Assembly: GCA_964016885.1 (NCBI GenBank)
Contig: OZ024743.1
Span: 202,988,001 to 203,052,000 of the forward strand
Direction: 5' to 3'
DNA from: Eledone cirrhosa
Lineage: Eukaryota
DNA length: 64,000 nt
A program made the position numbers and the translations under genes. Shown piece after piece: positions 1 through 13,697 of this stretch. The notes under the pieces are model-generated. The model was not told the origin of the DNA and made no database searches. It was given only the letters and a program-made list of their open reading frames with translations. Within the stretch, counting starts at the first letter, position 1. The number at the start of each line of letters is the position of its first letter.

Positions 1-94
1 TCCCCCCTCTCTTTCTATCTCTTCTCTGTCTGTCTGTCTCTCTTTCTTTCTATCTCACTCTCTCTCTCTCTCTATATATATATATACAATATAT

Positions 95-139
<45 letters not shown>

Positions 140-389
140 ACGATCTTTTGATCCGGACAAATTCTAATAGCAATTGGTATAATTACTCATACATCATGCT
201 CTATGTAACATGTTCGTTACTTGGGCTCGTGTCATCAGGAAGTTTTCTAAGTCATAAAACTAACTTTTGAAACTATGTATATAACAAAAGACAAAGCAAC
301 CATAACGTCTGTCATTTAGATTATTGGCTGTTATTTGGTAGGATAACATAGCGTCATATCTCTCTGTATATTACTCTATTAGGTGTTCC

Positions 390-1610
390 AGCCGACAGGC
401 CGAGGCCTTGCAGGGGCACGGCCATTAATGCTACATTTTCTACGGCCAGATTTCCTTGATTGGCCATTAATGCAAAAGAGAGTTGGTTGGTGCCGCTTTT
501 ATTTGCGTTTCACCTCGCACTGTGGGTTCATCAGGGATCTTAGTTAGCAGAATGTCGAGATGTCTCTTAAAAACATCTACAAGCAAACAATGTACATCTC
601 CCAGAATTTCTGTCTGCATATGTCCTTTGACACCCAGGCAGCTTGTGGTTCTTTTTTCTTGATGCGACGGATGGGACCTTTGGCATTACACAGTGACATC
701 CTATTCGTGGGCTGGTCCTGCCTTCAATGCCGAAGTTTAGTACTAACTCTACCAGGATCTTCCATGCGTAAGTCACTGCGTATATCTCCTAGCAGTAAAG
801 CTTTCTTTTTGTCAACCTCTTCCAGGTCATTTCTTTCAATGAGGAACCCGCTGGGTGTAGCTTCGTTAGGTTACTTCAAGTTCGGAGAGCAATAGTCCAG
901 TCGACTGATGTCGAAAGTGCCCCAGACGACCAACATGCACATTGCTGCCATTTTGACGTCTGCCTGAAACGGGGCATCATCGCTCATGTCAACACCAGGC
1001 CCCATATTGATTTTGACTTGGGGATTTCGATTCCTCCAGTTCTTGTGTACCGTTGCAGTGGTTTTGCTGTGTTTGTGGATTGATAGTGTAGTGCTGGAAA
1101 CTTAACTACATTAAATTGCTTATTGTAGTCTTCAGCCCATTCGTATAGAGCATTGAAATCTTATTGTATGAGAGTAACATCACCCGGTTTCTTGATTCCA
1201 GTGCGATTTTCGTGACATCATCATAGCTTTTGAGTGAGGCTGTCCGTAATTCAGAGGGCATGTCTGAGAGAGCCACCACGAACAATAGTGGTCCCAAGAC
1301 AGTTCCCTACGGCATGCCGCTTTTTATTGACGTTTCCTTTGAGAAGATCCCGTTGGCTGCAACAGTTCTGATTCTGTCTTTTAAGAAGTCGAGACATCAT
1401 TCACCTAGTTTTCAAGCTATGCCAAATATATGTAGTTTGTAACATATCATTCCAAGATCGACCATAATGAAAGACTTCGCAAAGTCGAGATATATCACAT
1501 CCATCTTTTATCGGTCTTGCAGCTGTTTGAACATCTAGTCATAATGCTGCAAGAGCTGCGCAAGACAACTCCTACCCGGCCGAAAGTCATGCTGGGTGTC
1601 AGGTGAAAAA
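390..1610 (-). mobile_element. Degenerate 3' part of a CR1/L2-type LINE (RT and C-terminal region)
   Basis: Minus-strand remnants of RT motifs: YLDFAKSF, GMPxGTVLGPLLFVVALSDMP, SYDDVTKI and a C-terminal IPDEP. Many stops and frameshifts. Confidence 0.8.
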
Positions 1611-1758
1611 GAAATCAGTTTCAATCTGATGATTCGTACTATGATATTGCCGAAACCACCTGGCGCCATGGTCGGTATTTTGCATATGACGACTCCTCAT
1701 CTTCCCATGTATAGAATACTCTCATGGTTATTGGTTTCCCCGGCATGTGCACTGTAGA

Positions 1759-1842
<84 letters not shown>

Positions 1843-1847
<5 letters not shown>

Positions 1848-2527
1848 TATGTACACGTACATACATATATGTATACAGATATACATACATGCACACATAT
1901 ATATATGTACGTATGGATTCACCGAACATTTATAACACACCAAGCATTATAATAAATGTTCGGTGAATCCATACGCACATATATATATATGTGTGCATGT
2001 ATGTATATATATATGCATGCTACTGTACTTCTGTATACATATATGTATGTACGGGTACATACTTATATTTAAGTAACAGCCGTACTAAGAGTGGGAAATG
2101 AAATTTCTCTCATTTTTTCCGTTTATCGTTTTCGGTGCACCCGGCCGATTAACCCACTCGATATGCAAATTGGGCTACTCAGCCGTTAATATGCATAAGG
2201 TAAGTAGATACGTTCAACGATCTGGCAGGAAGGTATACGTTGCTGACGATAGCTAATAAGCTTGAAACTAGTACATCGTTCCTTTGTCAGTGTTGAACAA
2301 ACGCGCAATGATGGTTGCTAGACAATACGGATTAATACCGGATGTTTGTTTACAAACACACCGAGCATTATTATAAATGTTCGGTGAATCCATACGTACA
2401 TATATATATGTGTGCATGTATGTATATATATATGCATACTACTGTACGTCTGTATACATATATGTATGTACGTGTAGATGCTTATATTTAAGAGTGGGAA
2501 ATGAAATTTCTTTCATTTTTTCCGTTT
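1843..2527 (+). mobile_element. Retrozyme-like hammerhead-bearing repeat (about 1.3 units of ~425 bp) with an inverted 5' segment (1843-1933)
   Basis: Same unit as 31147-31597 (-) and 32058-33050 (+). The unit start repeats internally (1938 vs 2359). The 5' part is the reverse complement of the unit. Flanked by (TA)n. Confidence 0.8.
2238..2278 (+). ncRNA. Minimal type I hammerhead ribozyme (family A)
   Basis: CGTTG-CTGACGA-tAGCT(aata)AGCTt-GAAA-CTAG-TA^CATCG. Conserved core, with palindromic ACTAGT at helix III (dimer-type). Confidence 0.75.
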
Positions 2528-2563
2528 ATATATATATATATATACACAGACACACACAGACAC

Positions 2564-2628
<65 letters not shown>

Positions 2629-2635
2629 CACAGAC

Positions 2636-2678
<43 letters not shown>

Positions 2679-2695
2679 AATGTATGTATGTGTAC

Positions 2696-2806
<111 letters not shown>

Positions 2807-3436
2807 TGAGAAAATAAGTAGATATAAATGTATGTTTGTAAGTTTGTATATATGTATGATACATACATTGATGGAATGAACAGTGAAAACAAAGATTAAT
2901 GAGATATTGAACTGATTTAATTGTATTTGGTAAAACATAGAAATTCATACATTTATACACACACTCACATACACGAGCACACGCCTGCTTTATATATGTG
3001 TGTGTGTTTGTGTGAGTTTGTGAGTGTTTGTAAACATATCTATGCATAGAGTATGTCCCTGATGTGTTGTATCACTTATCTCGTCAACGAAGACTTTATA
3101 AATTCTCTTGAGACAGATCAGATAACAGCTTGTGAAATCCTATACAAACTTCTAACTTCTCCACTAACCCTCATTCAAACTTCAAAATCATTATTTACAA
3201 AGCCATACTCTGCATAACAGATTTAAATATCTTTCCCCTATTTTCTATTCAACTCAGTCTTTCAAATTGACATGCGGAATACATATATTTACAGACTTAT
3301 CATCTCCGTTATGGATCACTTCAACGACCCAAAACGTTGAATTTACATTCTACATATAGGTTTATTAGGTTCACGCTCTTGAGAGTGGGATGGGGTGGGG
3401 ATGTGTGTGTATATATATATATATATATATTTATAT

Positions 3437-3663
3437 ATTGCTGTAGTGAGGTATGTGCTGCTGTCCGGTTCTGATACTTGGACACTGACCAAGAAACTCA
3501 CTCAGACAGTGGATGGGTGCTACATGAGAGTGCTGAGGATGACTCTGAACATTAATCAGTATACACTGAGGATGAAAAACTCCGAGCTGTATGGGAGCTT
3601 CCCAAAAGTCAGCTCAAAAGAAACACAGAGGAGACTGAGGTTAGCTGGACATGCTCACCGACA
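3437..3663 (+). mobile_element. RTE-clade LINE 3' fragment
   Basis: Peptide VLLSGSDTWTLTKKLTQTVDGCYMRVLRMTLNI...RRLRLAGHAHR. Homologous to 8612-8862 and 41058-41660. Confidence 0.8.
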
Positions 3664-3942
3664 GTAGAGACTGACTAATACATAGTTACAATTTCAAGGA
3701 AATCGCTCTGACGTAACACCTAAAAGAAAACCATAAAAAGCTGAAAAAACGTAGTTTTTCACCTAATGCGGGTCCTAGGGGATCAAAAAGTTGAATTCTA
3801 TGTGCATAACACTCCCTGAAACATATGTAATACACATATAAAGTTTGAAAAAAATCGGTTGGGTACTTCTCTAGTTTTAGGGATTCAAATTCATAGACAC
3901 ACACACACACAGACAGGCATCCTCAGTTTTATATATATAGAT
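3664..3942 (-). mobile_element. Non-autonomous Helitron 5'-terminal fragment
   Basis: AAAGTTTGAAAAAAATCGG...(CA)n...TTTTATATATATAGAT, i.e. A|TCTATATATATAAAA on the minus strand. Same terminal architecture as 11560-11694 and 24400-24535. Confidence 0.55.
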
Positions 3943-3949
3943 ATATGAT

Positions 3950-4331
3950 GCCAATATTGACCGCTTGAGGCAGATGGTACGTGGCGATCATCGGCTGACT
4001 GTTCGACTGATTGCAAGTGAGTTGGACATGAACCGCACCAGCGTTCAGAAAAGTTGTGTTAGAACAAGTCATCGCTGGTTCACCACATTAACGCGCCGGC
4101 TCATAACAACAAAGCATCCGGCAGTTCTTGGCTTAGAAAAGCATCGCCGTGCTGGGGGAACCTCTCTACTCACTAGTGCATGGGGTGTAGCGGAGAAGGA
4201 AGGGAAAGTGCGTTAGAAACAGGGGGAGGGGGTATTTCAAAGGAGAAAACCTGTAGTTTGTAGTTTGAATTTGAATTCGTTTTTCTTTTTTTCGGCGCCC
4301 CCAATCCTGTTACTTTTCTGATAGACCTCGT
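3950..4331 (+). mobile_element. Internally deleted mariner transposon fragment with right TIR
   Basis: HTH peptide RQMVRGDHRLTVRLIASELDMNRTSV. Ends in the TIR-like GTTACTTTTCTGATAGACCTCGT. Confidence 0.7.
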
Positions 4332-4570
4332 CGACTGAAAAGTCCAAAGGATAACGAAGATACTTTCGTGGAATGGTGATCAATGAGGTTTATCTTTCAA
4401 TTCAGTCGATCTTTGTATGAGTCTACTTAATAATTTGTAACAAGGAGTTCATACAATTAAAACTTGTATGTAACCTTCTGAGTAATTTATGGTAATAAAT
4501 CTCATATTTTCAGCTGTAAAAATGTCATCAACTATCTTTATTTGCTTTCGAATTTGAAAACGTCTTCCCT

Positions 4571-4643
<73 letters not shown>

Positions 4644-4787
4644 CATACATATATACATGTATATCGTATTAGTATTGGTGCTCTGAAATAACGATGTATA
4701 TTTGAATGTATGTATTGTATATTTAATAATATACTGTATATTTAATTAAAATACAGTCAGTATATTATCAAATATACTATACATACA

Positions 4788-4832
<45 letters not shown>

Positions 4833-4844
4833 CAATCAGCTGTA

Positions 4845-5930
<1,086 letters not shown>

Positions 5931-5935
5931 ATACA

Positions 5936-5987
<52 letters not shown>

Positions 5988-5992
5988 GATAT

Positions 5993-6027
<35 letters not shown>

Positions 6028-6082
6028 TAAATATATATATATATATATATATATTATTTATATATATATTATTTGTTACCCC

Positions 6083-6126
<44 letters not shown>

Positions 6127-8164
6127 GAAGGTGGGTTCAAAACTTCATAGGTTGTATATGAAGAAGTTTGTGTTTATATTATTTTACCGGTTGCAATCAT
6201 TGGACTGCTGCCATGATATAGTATCACGTTGAAGAGTGACATAAATGTATATGAATTCTAATACTTTTCATTTTCACCTACAACTACCCTTTCTCTACTG
6301 CCTGATGTAAGTTGCAAGGCAGGTATTGGTGATAATAATATTAATTATTCCACTTATCGGTGGTTTGGGCTTTGTACTTATGTCATAAAATATTTTTATT
6401 ATTTTTCTTTTACGTAGTAGAAGCTACATCTGTAGCAACAAGAGAGCAGCAACAGTTGTAGTGGTAGTTTACTGTTTATCTTAGTTGCTTTATTTTGATA
6501 TAGGGACAGTGAAATAAACGATATATTTGGTGTGTCTTATCGCCTCAAAGCAGAGACGAAATCGAAATGGAACAAACTAATTTGATAATGAAGAAGTGTG
6601 GATTATAAGAAAAGCCGTCTCATCAGCAACAACAACCAACATAAAATATACATCAATAACAATACCAATAATAATTGCAGCTTCAAAAACATCAATTGGG
6701 ACTAAGTCAACAATAAAAAAAGCTGCAACAAAAACATGAATACCACGAAGAAAACAGCAACATCTACTGATACTAGCAACAACATCAAAATTACAACATA
6801 TCCACGATACATGAAACAACAACAAATGCAACAAAAATATCGTTCTTGCATGAAATCACACCTTACCTCCTTAGGAGAATAATGCATATAATGTAAGCCT
6901 TAATATGCAATGATATTCAATATAGCCGTTGATATACAAAGGAAATAGATAGTCATATCCGGAAAGCTTTTGATTATTCTTTTATTTCATCAGCGGTATC
7001 CTGAATCTAAATGCTCACACCAATCACAACATAAACAAAACGAATAGCAGCAAAAGAAGCAGGATGAAATTTGGATACTTGTATGTGATCTTGGACAGCT
7101 AAAAATTGCAGTTTTCCCTTAAGTCCTATCCTATCAGCCTAAATAGTAAAATAGCACATTAGATAATATTTTCATATTAATATTGCCCCTGAAAAATACA
7201 AGATCGTTACGAATGGAATGTCTTTAATTCAGAGGTATGGTGCATTAGGCCTGACTTGAACTTAAATAGCAAACAACACAAAAAAAGCACAGGCGACAAC
7301 AGCACCTAATACAAATATAATTTCAATAAGAGGAACAAGAAGATCATCAACTGTAAGAAACGATTCTCATGTGTCAGATCACAATAATATTTCATTTGTC
7401 CCGTAATGACGTGATGTTTCTACGATTAATTTCCATTATTATATTCTTGTTAAATTATCAAACTCATTAACAATCAATTGTGATTCGTAATTTAAGTGAT
7501 TCGTAATTTAAAAACAGCGGCAATAATTCTGATGAAGTTTGTTATACCCAACATCATTAAAATAATGATTGATTTGAATAGGCACGCTTTTTCATTATCG
7601 ATATCGATATCACAATAATGTTTAATGTTGTTGTTCTTGATGGTAGCTGATTTATCTGAAGCTTTTAATTTTGATAGAAATATTAATGGCGTTATCATTC
7701 TTGTTTATTCCGTTTCCTGTTGATTGCCTTATATATCTAAAGGATAATCAGAGTTGATTGAAAAAAAAATTGCGAAGCTCTACTTATCATGCAGAGTGAT
7801 CCACAGGCATTTTCATATCACCCTAGATAATCAGTGTATAATTACGTTCCTCTTTCATATAAATATTTAGCCGTTCAAATCAAGCCAGCTAGCTAAGTAT
7901 ATATGCTTCACTGACGAGATCTAATGGAAAAGTTTCTTTAAAGCAAGCACTCCCTGCTATTGTAATATCTATAATGGTCCATAAACGTGGATCAGCTCAA
8001 ACTACAAGTCTCCTTATTGTTTGCTACATAGGATCAGAAAACACCAGTGGAGTTTCATTCGTGAATTTGCGAGCATAATAACGGATGAATAAAATGTTAT
8101 ACATCCGCCATACATATGCACGTACATGTGGCACACACACCTACATATAAACACACAAACACAC

Positions 8165-8211
<47 letters not shown>

Positions 8212-8611
8212 TATGCCGGATTCAATCGAGGGTAACCATAGTAAGTAAGGTACTTAAATATAGAAAAGGCTTCTACATGACTACAACTGTTTGATTCGAA
8301 GGAAATCAACATGAAAGCCGACTGTCAATATGATATGGTGGTATTTATGCATTTTCTGTTGGTAGGGGAAGATGGTGATTGGAATAGGTGGAGGTCATTG
8401 GCTGATGCATTTACAGAAAAGGGATTCTTTTAAAAAACTATATTTAGAGAAAGATACAATGATACAAATACAGGCACTCCTAATATTCAAGGTTCATTTA
8501 TTATAAGCAAACAAAGGGTTTTCATTAAGTGGATGTATCAATATGTAAGGTGTATACAATTTCTCTCTCACTCTCTCTATCACACACACACATATATATA
8601 TATATGTATCT

Positions 8612-8862
8612 ATCTATCTAGGTAGGGTAAAATTCCCGAGATCTATGGACGAGGTCACTCCAGTGGTCTCTGACCCACATCATCGCTGCCATGTCCTGTG
8701 TCTCCAAGAGACCGGTGTCTCTCCTTAGGGCATCAACATGTGTCAACATCCGTCTCGCTCTTCTAGTGTGTCCGTGCAAGGTCTCCCACAGGAGCACTGA
8801 GTCCAGTATCAAGTCTGGATGTCGGTGAGCATATCCAACTAACTTCAGTCTCCTCTGCGCTA
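8612..8862 (-). mobile_element. RTE-clade LINE 3' end with (TAGA)n tail
   Basis: ORF 8618-8911 MKNSELYG...RRLKLVGYAHRH...VDALRRDTGL...RDHWSDLV, followed by (TAGA)n. Confidence 0.8.
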
Positions 8863-9062
8863 CTTTCGAGCTGAATTTTGGGAAGCCCCCGTACAGCTCT
8901 GAGTTCTTCATCCTCAGTGTATGCGAATATATATAATTATAATCAATAATTTCGCCGAAAAGAAGTAAGTGACATAGTCACCACTTTAAAACCGATAGAG
9001 TATGGTCTTCAAAATGTTTTAAATTAAACATACGGTATATTGCCAAATATACTATACATACA

Positions 9063-9108
<46 letters not shown>

Positions 9109-9113
<5 letters not shown>

Positions 9114-9890
9114 AGAAGAAGTTTATGAAATGGAAATGCGGGTATAAAGAATTTATTAGGTAACAATTGTTTCTATAGTGTATGGGTTACCTATACCTCG
9201 CTATTTGAATAATATAAAAATATTATCATAAACCGAAGGTACACCACCGTTTGCAAATTTCTGTTTTATATGTTTATACACAAGATATGGCTTTCTATAA
9301 TAATAGTACTAAACACTGTTTTCTGGACCCCTTTAGAAATAACCTGCTACTATAATAGCCCCAATAACTTGTCTGTAACTCTGTACCTCTTTGACCCCTT
9401 TAACTAAATTTTGTCCGAACAACACCACTAGAAGTATTTACTTCCCCCGCCAACCCTAACACGTCTCATTAAGCTAACTGCTGCCAAAACATTCTCTCCT
9501 TACAATCTCTACTAGTCTGACAGCCTTAAATCCTAGGACTCCCTCACCCTTACTCACTTCCCTCTTCCCCTTCTCTTCCTACCTCCTTCTTTCTCTTTTA
9601 TCTAGTGTATAAAATATTTTCATATCATTCCAATACAAAGGTCTGACGACATGGTGTGTCTGCTTACAGTGTACCTTCGGTTTATGATAATATTTTTATA
9701 TTATTCAAATAGCGAGGTATAGGTAACCCATACACTATAGAAACAATTGTTACCTAATAAATTCTTTATACCCGCATTTCCATTTCATAAACTTGTTCTC
9801 CATATTTTCTCCGGATTTTAAAACACACTTTATTATACGTTGAGCAATCTCTGACGTCGGTTGACTCCATCCAATGCAACTACTTAGTAA
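9109..9890 (+). mobile_element. Penelope-like 3'/pLTR fragment with a ~136-bp inverted duplication (arms 9109-9244 and 9669-9804)
   Basis: Near-perfect reverse-complement arms. Contains a hammerhead. Inserted next to (TA)n. Confidence 0.75.
9639..9755 (+). ncRNA. Type I hammerhead ribozyme with ~90-nt helix II domain (family B)
   Basis: AGGT-CTGACGA-cATGGTGTG...TACACTATa-GAAA-C(AATT)G-TT^ACCT. Helix I is AGGT/ACCT; helix II base has 8 pairs including G-U; palindromic loop 3. Confidence 0.65.
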
Positions 9891-9909
9891 CATTAGAATA
9901 CACATTTAC

Positions 9910-9962
<53 letters not shown>

Positions 9963-10016
9963 TCTTTTACCTGTTCCAGCCATCCGGCTGAGGCCATGCT
10001 AGGGCACTGCCCTTTG

Positions 10017-10061
<45 letters not shown>

Positions 10062-10063
<2 letters not shown>

Positions 10064-10222
10064 CGAAGGAAATGTGGTAAGGAACCAGATGGACAATAAC
10101 GCACCAAAGTACTCAATACTTAGGGTAGTAGAGTGGGTAATAGGAACGAGTAGGACCCCGACGGCTGAGCTCAAGCCGTTTCGACGGCTAATTCTGGACT
10201 CGCCGTCGGGGTCCTACTCGTT

Positions 10223-10224
<2 letters not shown>
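10062..10224 (-). mobile_element. Short Penelope pLTR fragment (3' half of a hammerhead) with terminal inversion
   Basis: Minus strand reads TAGCCGTC-GAAA-CGGCT(TGAGCTC)AGCCG-TC^GGGGT, identical to 57333-57368. A 26-bp arm ATAGGAACGAGTAGGACCCCGACGGC is inverted at the end. Lies between (TA)n tracts. Confidence 0.75.
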
Positions 10225-10277
<53 letters not shown>

Positions 10278-10324
10278 ATATTTATATATATATATATTTA
10301 TATATATACATACATATATACATT

Positions 10325-10374
<50 letters not shown>

Positions 10375-10431
10375 CGCAGATACACACACATATACACATA
10401 CATACGTCAATATATTTACCCACACGCACAC

Positions 10432-11016
10432 TGTTGTCCACTGTGATCTCCCCACACGAAAGAAACTATCATGAAAATTGAAGCTCCTCAAAGGTCAATC
10501 TTGAAAATGATAGATGGCATGTCAGGCCTTGACTATTGGGGTCGACTAGAAAAACTTTATTTTGTCCAACGCCACTGTGAGCGCAACATCAACTGCATGA
10601 TGTGGAAAATATTCCATCAGCAATATTCCACCGGACGTTGGTATCACTTTCAAGGTACACCCAAGACTTGGGCCCATGCTATCTGCCCAAATAAAAATCA
10701 CACTCGCATCTCATAACAACAATACGGCACAATAATTTCACCTCAATTGGCCCCGCTCTCTTTAAAATTGCATCAAAACACATTAACACAGAAATATACG
10801 CCTTAAATTTCAAGACGACTTTGGACAAATTCCTTCAAGAAATCCCGGATAAACATCCTACACCCGGATATGTCTCCGTAAACAATAGCTCTCTGCTTGA
10901 GTGGGACATGGTGTCCAAATCCTGATTCGAAAGACTTCGCCAGGAGGTGTTATCAAGTTAGACATGGCCTAGGCCAAAAATGGCCGAAACCCTTCAAAGT
11001 TATCAAAGTTAAGTTA
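10432..11016 (+). mobile_element. 5'-truncated CR1-type LINE with (TCAAAGTTA)n tail
   Basis: Homologous to 29600-30153 and 48030-48417 (KIEAPQR...YWGRLEKL...LDKFLQEIPD). Confidence 0.8.
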
Positions 11017-11284
11017 TATATATATATGTAAACATATACGCACACATGCATACGCATATCTATATATATACATTCATATACATACCTACACATACATATA
11101 AACGGTCTTCTATAGAATACTAGAATACTCTACAGTTCTTATATATTTGATGTATATTTATCCTAATCGAGCCTCCCGAAATAAATACGTTTGTTTATAT
11201 CTTCTTATTGTGTATGCAAAAATATATGTACACGAATATATAATTATATATATATATATATATATATTAAAATAACAGATTAAA

Positions 11285-11333
11285 GTTTAAGCAAAGAATC
11301 GCTGCTTTCACCCTTAACGAGATCTTCTGAAAC
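11285..11333 (-). ncRNA. Hammerhead-like motif with variant core CAGAAGA (family I)
   Basis: GTTT-CAGAAGA-tCTC(gttaa)GGGt-GAAA-GCAG(7 nt)TTGC-TT^AAAC. A paralog lies at 43627-43675. Confidence 0.5.
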
Positions 11334-11386
11334 TAAAAATAATCAATCTGTGAACGCAGAATAAATATTTCGAAAAACGTTACACA

Positions 11387-11434
<48 letters not shown>

Positions 11435-11559
11435 CATATATATACACACACAGCTACGTCATAATGTCGTAATGCAGACATCAGGCATACAGACGTATAT
11501 TATAAAGGCGCAACGTTAAATCTATGTATCTATCTAAAAAGAGAAAAACTAAGAGAGAG

Positions 11560-11694
11560 AGAGAGATCACTAATTCGCATTTGCTCAGAACACTCACATT
11601 ACATGTGTAAAGTTTGAAAACAATCGGTTCGGTGGTTCTCAAGTGTTACTGATTGGACAGACAGACATACATTCTCTGTTTTAGATATATAGAT
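11560..11694 (-). mobile_element. Helitron 5'-terminal fragment
   Basis: AAGTTTGAAAACAATCGG...(GACA)n...GTTTTAGATATATAGAT, the same terminus type as 3942. Confidence 0.5.
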
Positions 11695-11860
11695 GTATTT
11701 GGTGTATATATACACGGTATACTTTGTATCTTGTACCATCTATAGCACCTTCCCTCACAATATGAACACATATGGAAGTAAACAAATATATACATACATA
11801 TACAAACAAACATAAGCACTCATACACACATCACCCAAACTGACCTACACACACACTCAA

Positions 11861-11925
<65 letters not shown>

Positions 11926-11959
11926 TAAAAAATGGAAACTATATTTATAAAACCATATT

Positions 11960-12025
11960 TATTTTATTATATATATTTCAAGGGCAACCAAGGCAAATTA
12001 TGGTGCGCTTTCATCAGATAGAATA
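11960..12025 (-). ncRNA. Type I hammerhead ribozyme (family C), antisense copy
   Basis: Exact reverse complement of 12175-12240. Confidence 0.75.
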
Positions 12026-12174
12026 CAGATTTGTTTTATAAATAAATATTGACATATCCGGAAAAAAGAGAACCTTAACGGTCGGAGCTTCCTGGATAGA
12101 CTAATCAGGCAGCTCCGGCCGTTAAGGTTCTCTTTTTTCCGGGTATGTCAATATTTATTTATAAAACAAATCTG

Positions 12175-12240
12175 TATTCTATCTGATGAAAGCGCACCAT
12201 AATTTGCCTTGGTTGCCCTTGAAATATATATAATAAAATA
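12175..12240 (+). ncRNA. Type I hammerhead ribozyme (family C)
   Basis: TATTCTAT-CTGATGA-AAGcGCACCA...TGGtTGCcCTT-GAAA-T(ATAT)A-TA^ATAAAATA. Confidence 0.75.
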
Positions 12241-12377
12241 AATATGGTTTTATAAATATAGTTTCCATTTTTTAATATAATGTGTATTTATTCCACTAAC
12301 TGTTGAGTGATTTATATCAGTTATAAACATTTTTAATTTTTAAGCTTGTTTAATCCCAGCAAATTAAATATAACCTC

Positions 12378-13102
<725 letters not shown>

Positions 13103-13106
13103 GGGA

Positions 13107-13180
<74 letters not shown>

Positions 13181-13225
13181 ACAGAAAAAAGAGAATCAGT
13201 TTTGCGACGAAAGGAATTTATTGGA

Positions 13226-13301
13226 CATATTACAATTGTTTCGATGCACGATCGATGAGGTGATCAAACCTGACTCTGAAATCGCGCGGTCCTCAGGCAC
13301 G
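13226..13301 (-). ncRNA. Degenerate hammerhead related to 12755-12842 (family K)
   Basis: CTGAGGA-ccgcgcgATTTCAGAGTCA...-GAAA-C(AATT)G-TA^ATATG. Shares the ATTYCAGAGTCA motif with 12755-12842. Helix I is weak. Confidence 0.4.
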
Positions 13302-13378
13302 TTTCGATTCTACGAAGCAGATTTTCCTATTGTACTTCAACATCGAATACCTTCGTTTGTTGATTTAGATCCACCAAT

Positions 13379-13476
<98 letters not shown>

Positions 13477-13697
13477 GATATATTTCTTTATTTACCATAA
13501 AGGCATAAAAAGAAGGGACAAATACAAAGGGGGAGTTTACATACAATCGAGTAAAAAGGGTATAACATGAAAATAATCGAAAATAACCTCAAAAGGGAGG
13601 GGACGTGATGGGGCTTGCACACACCCCCGAAAAAGTGTGCAATCCTTTGCCCGGGGAGCACATGGAGAAGGTGCTCCCCTCTCCTTTACTTCTTTAC

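Noticed and set aside
138-250. CTGATGA-containing segment (minus strand) beside (TA)n
   Set aside because: No intact GAAA, helix II or helix I could be paired; too degenerate to call.
488-540. CTGATGA...GAAA on the minus strand resembling a hammerhead
   Set aside because: It lies in LINE coding sequence (IPDEPTVRGET), with no NUH site and no helix I.
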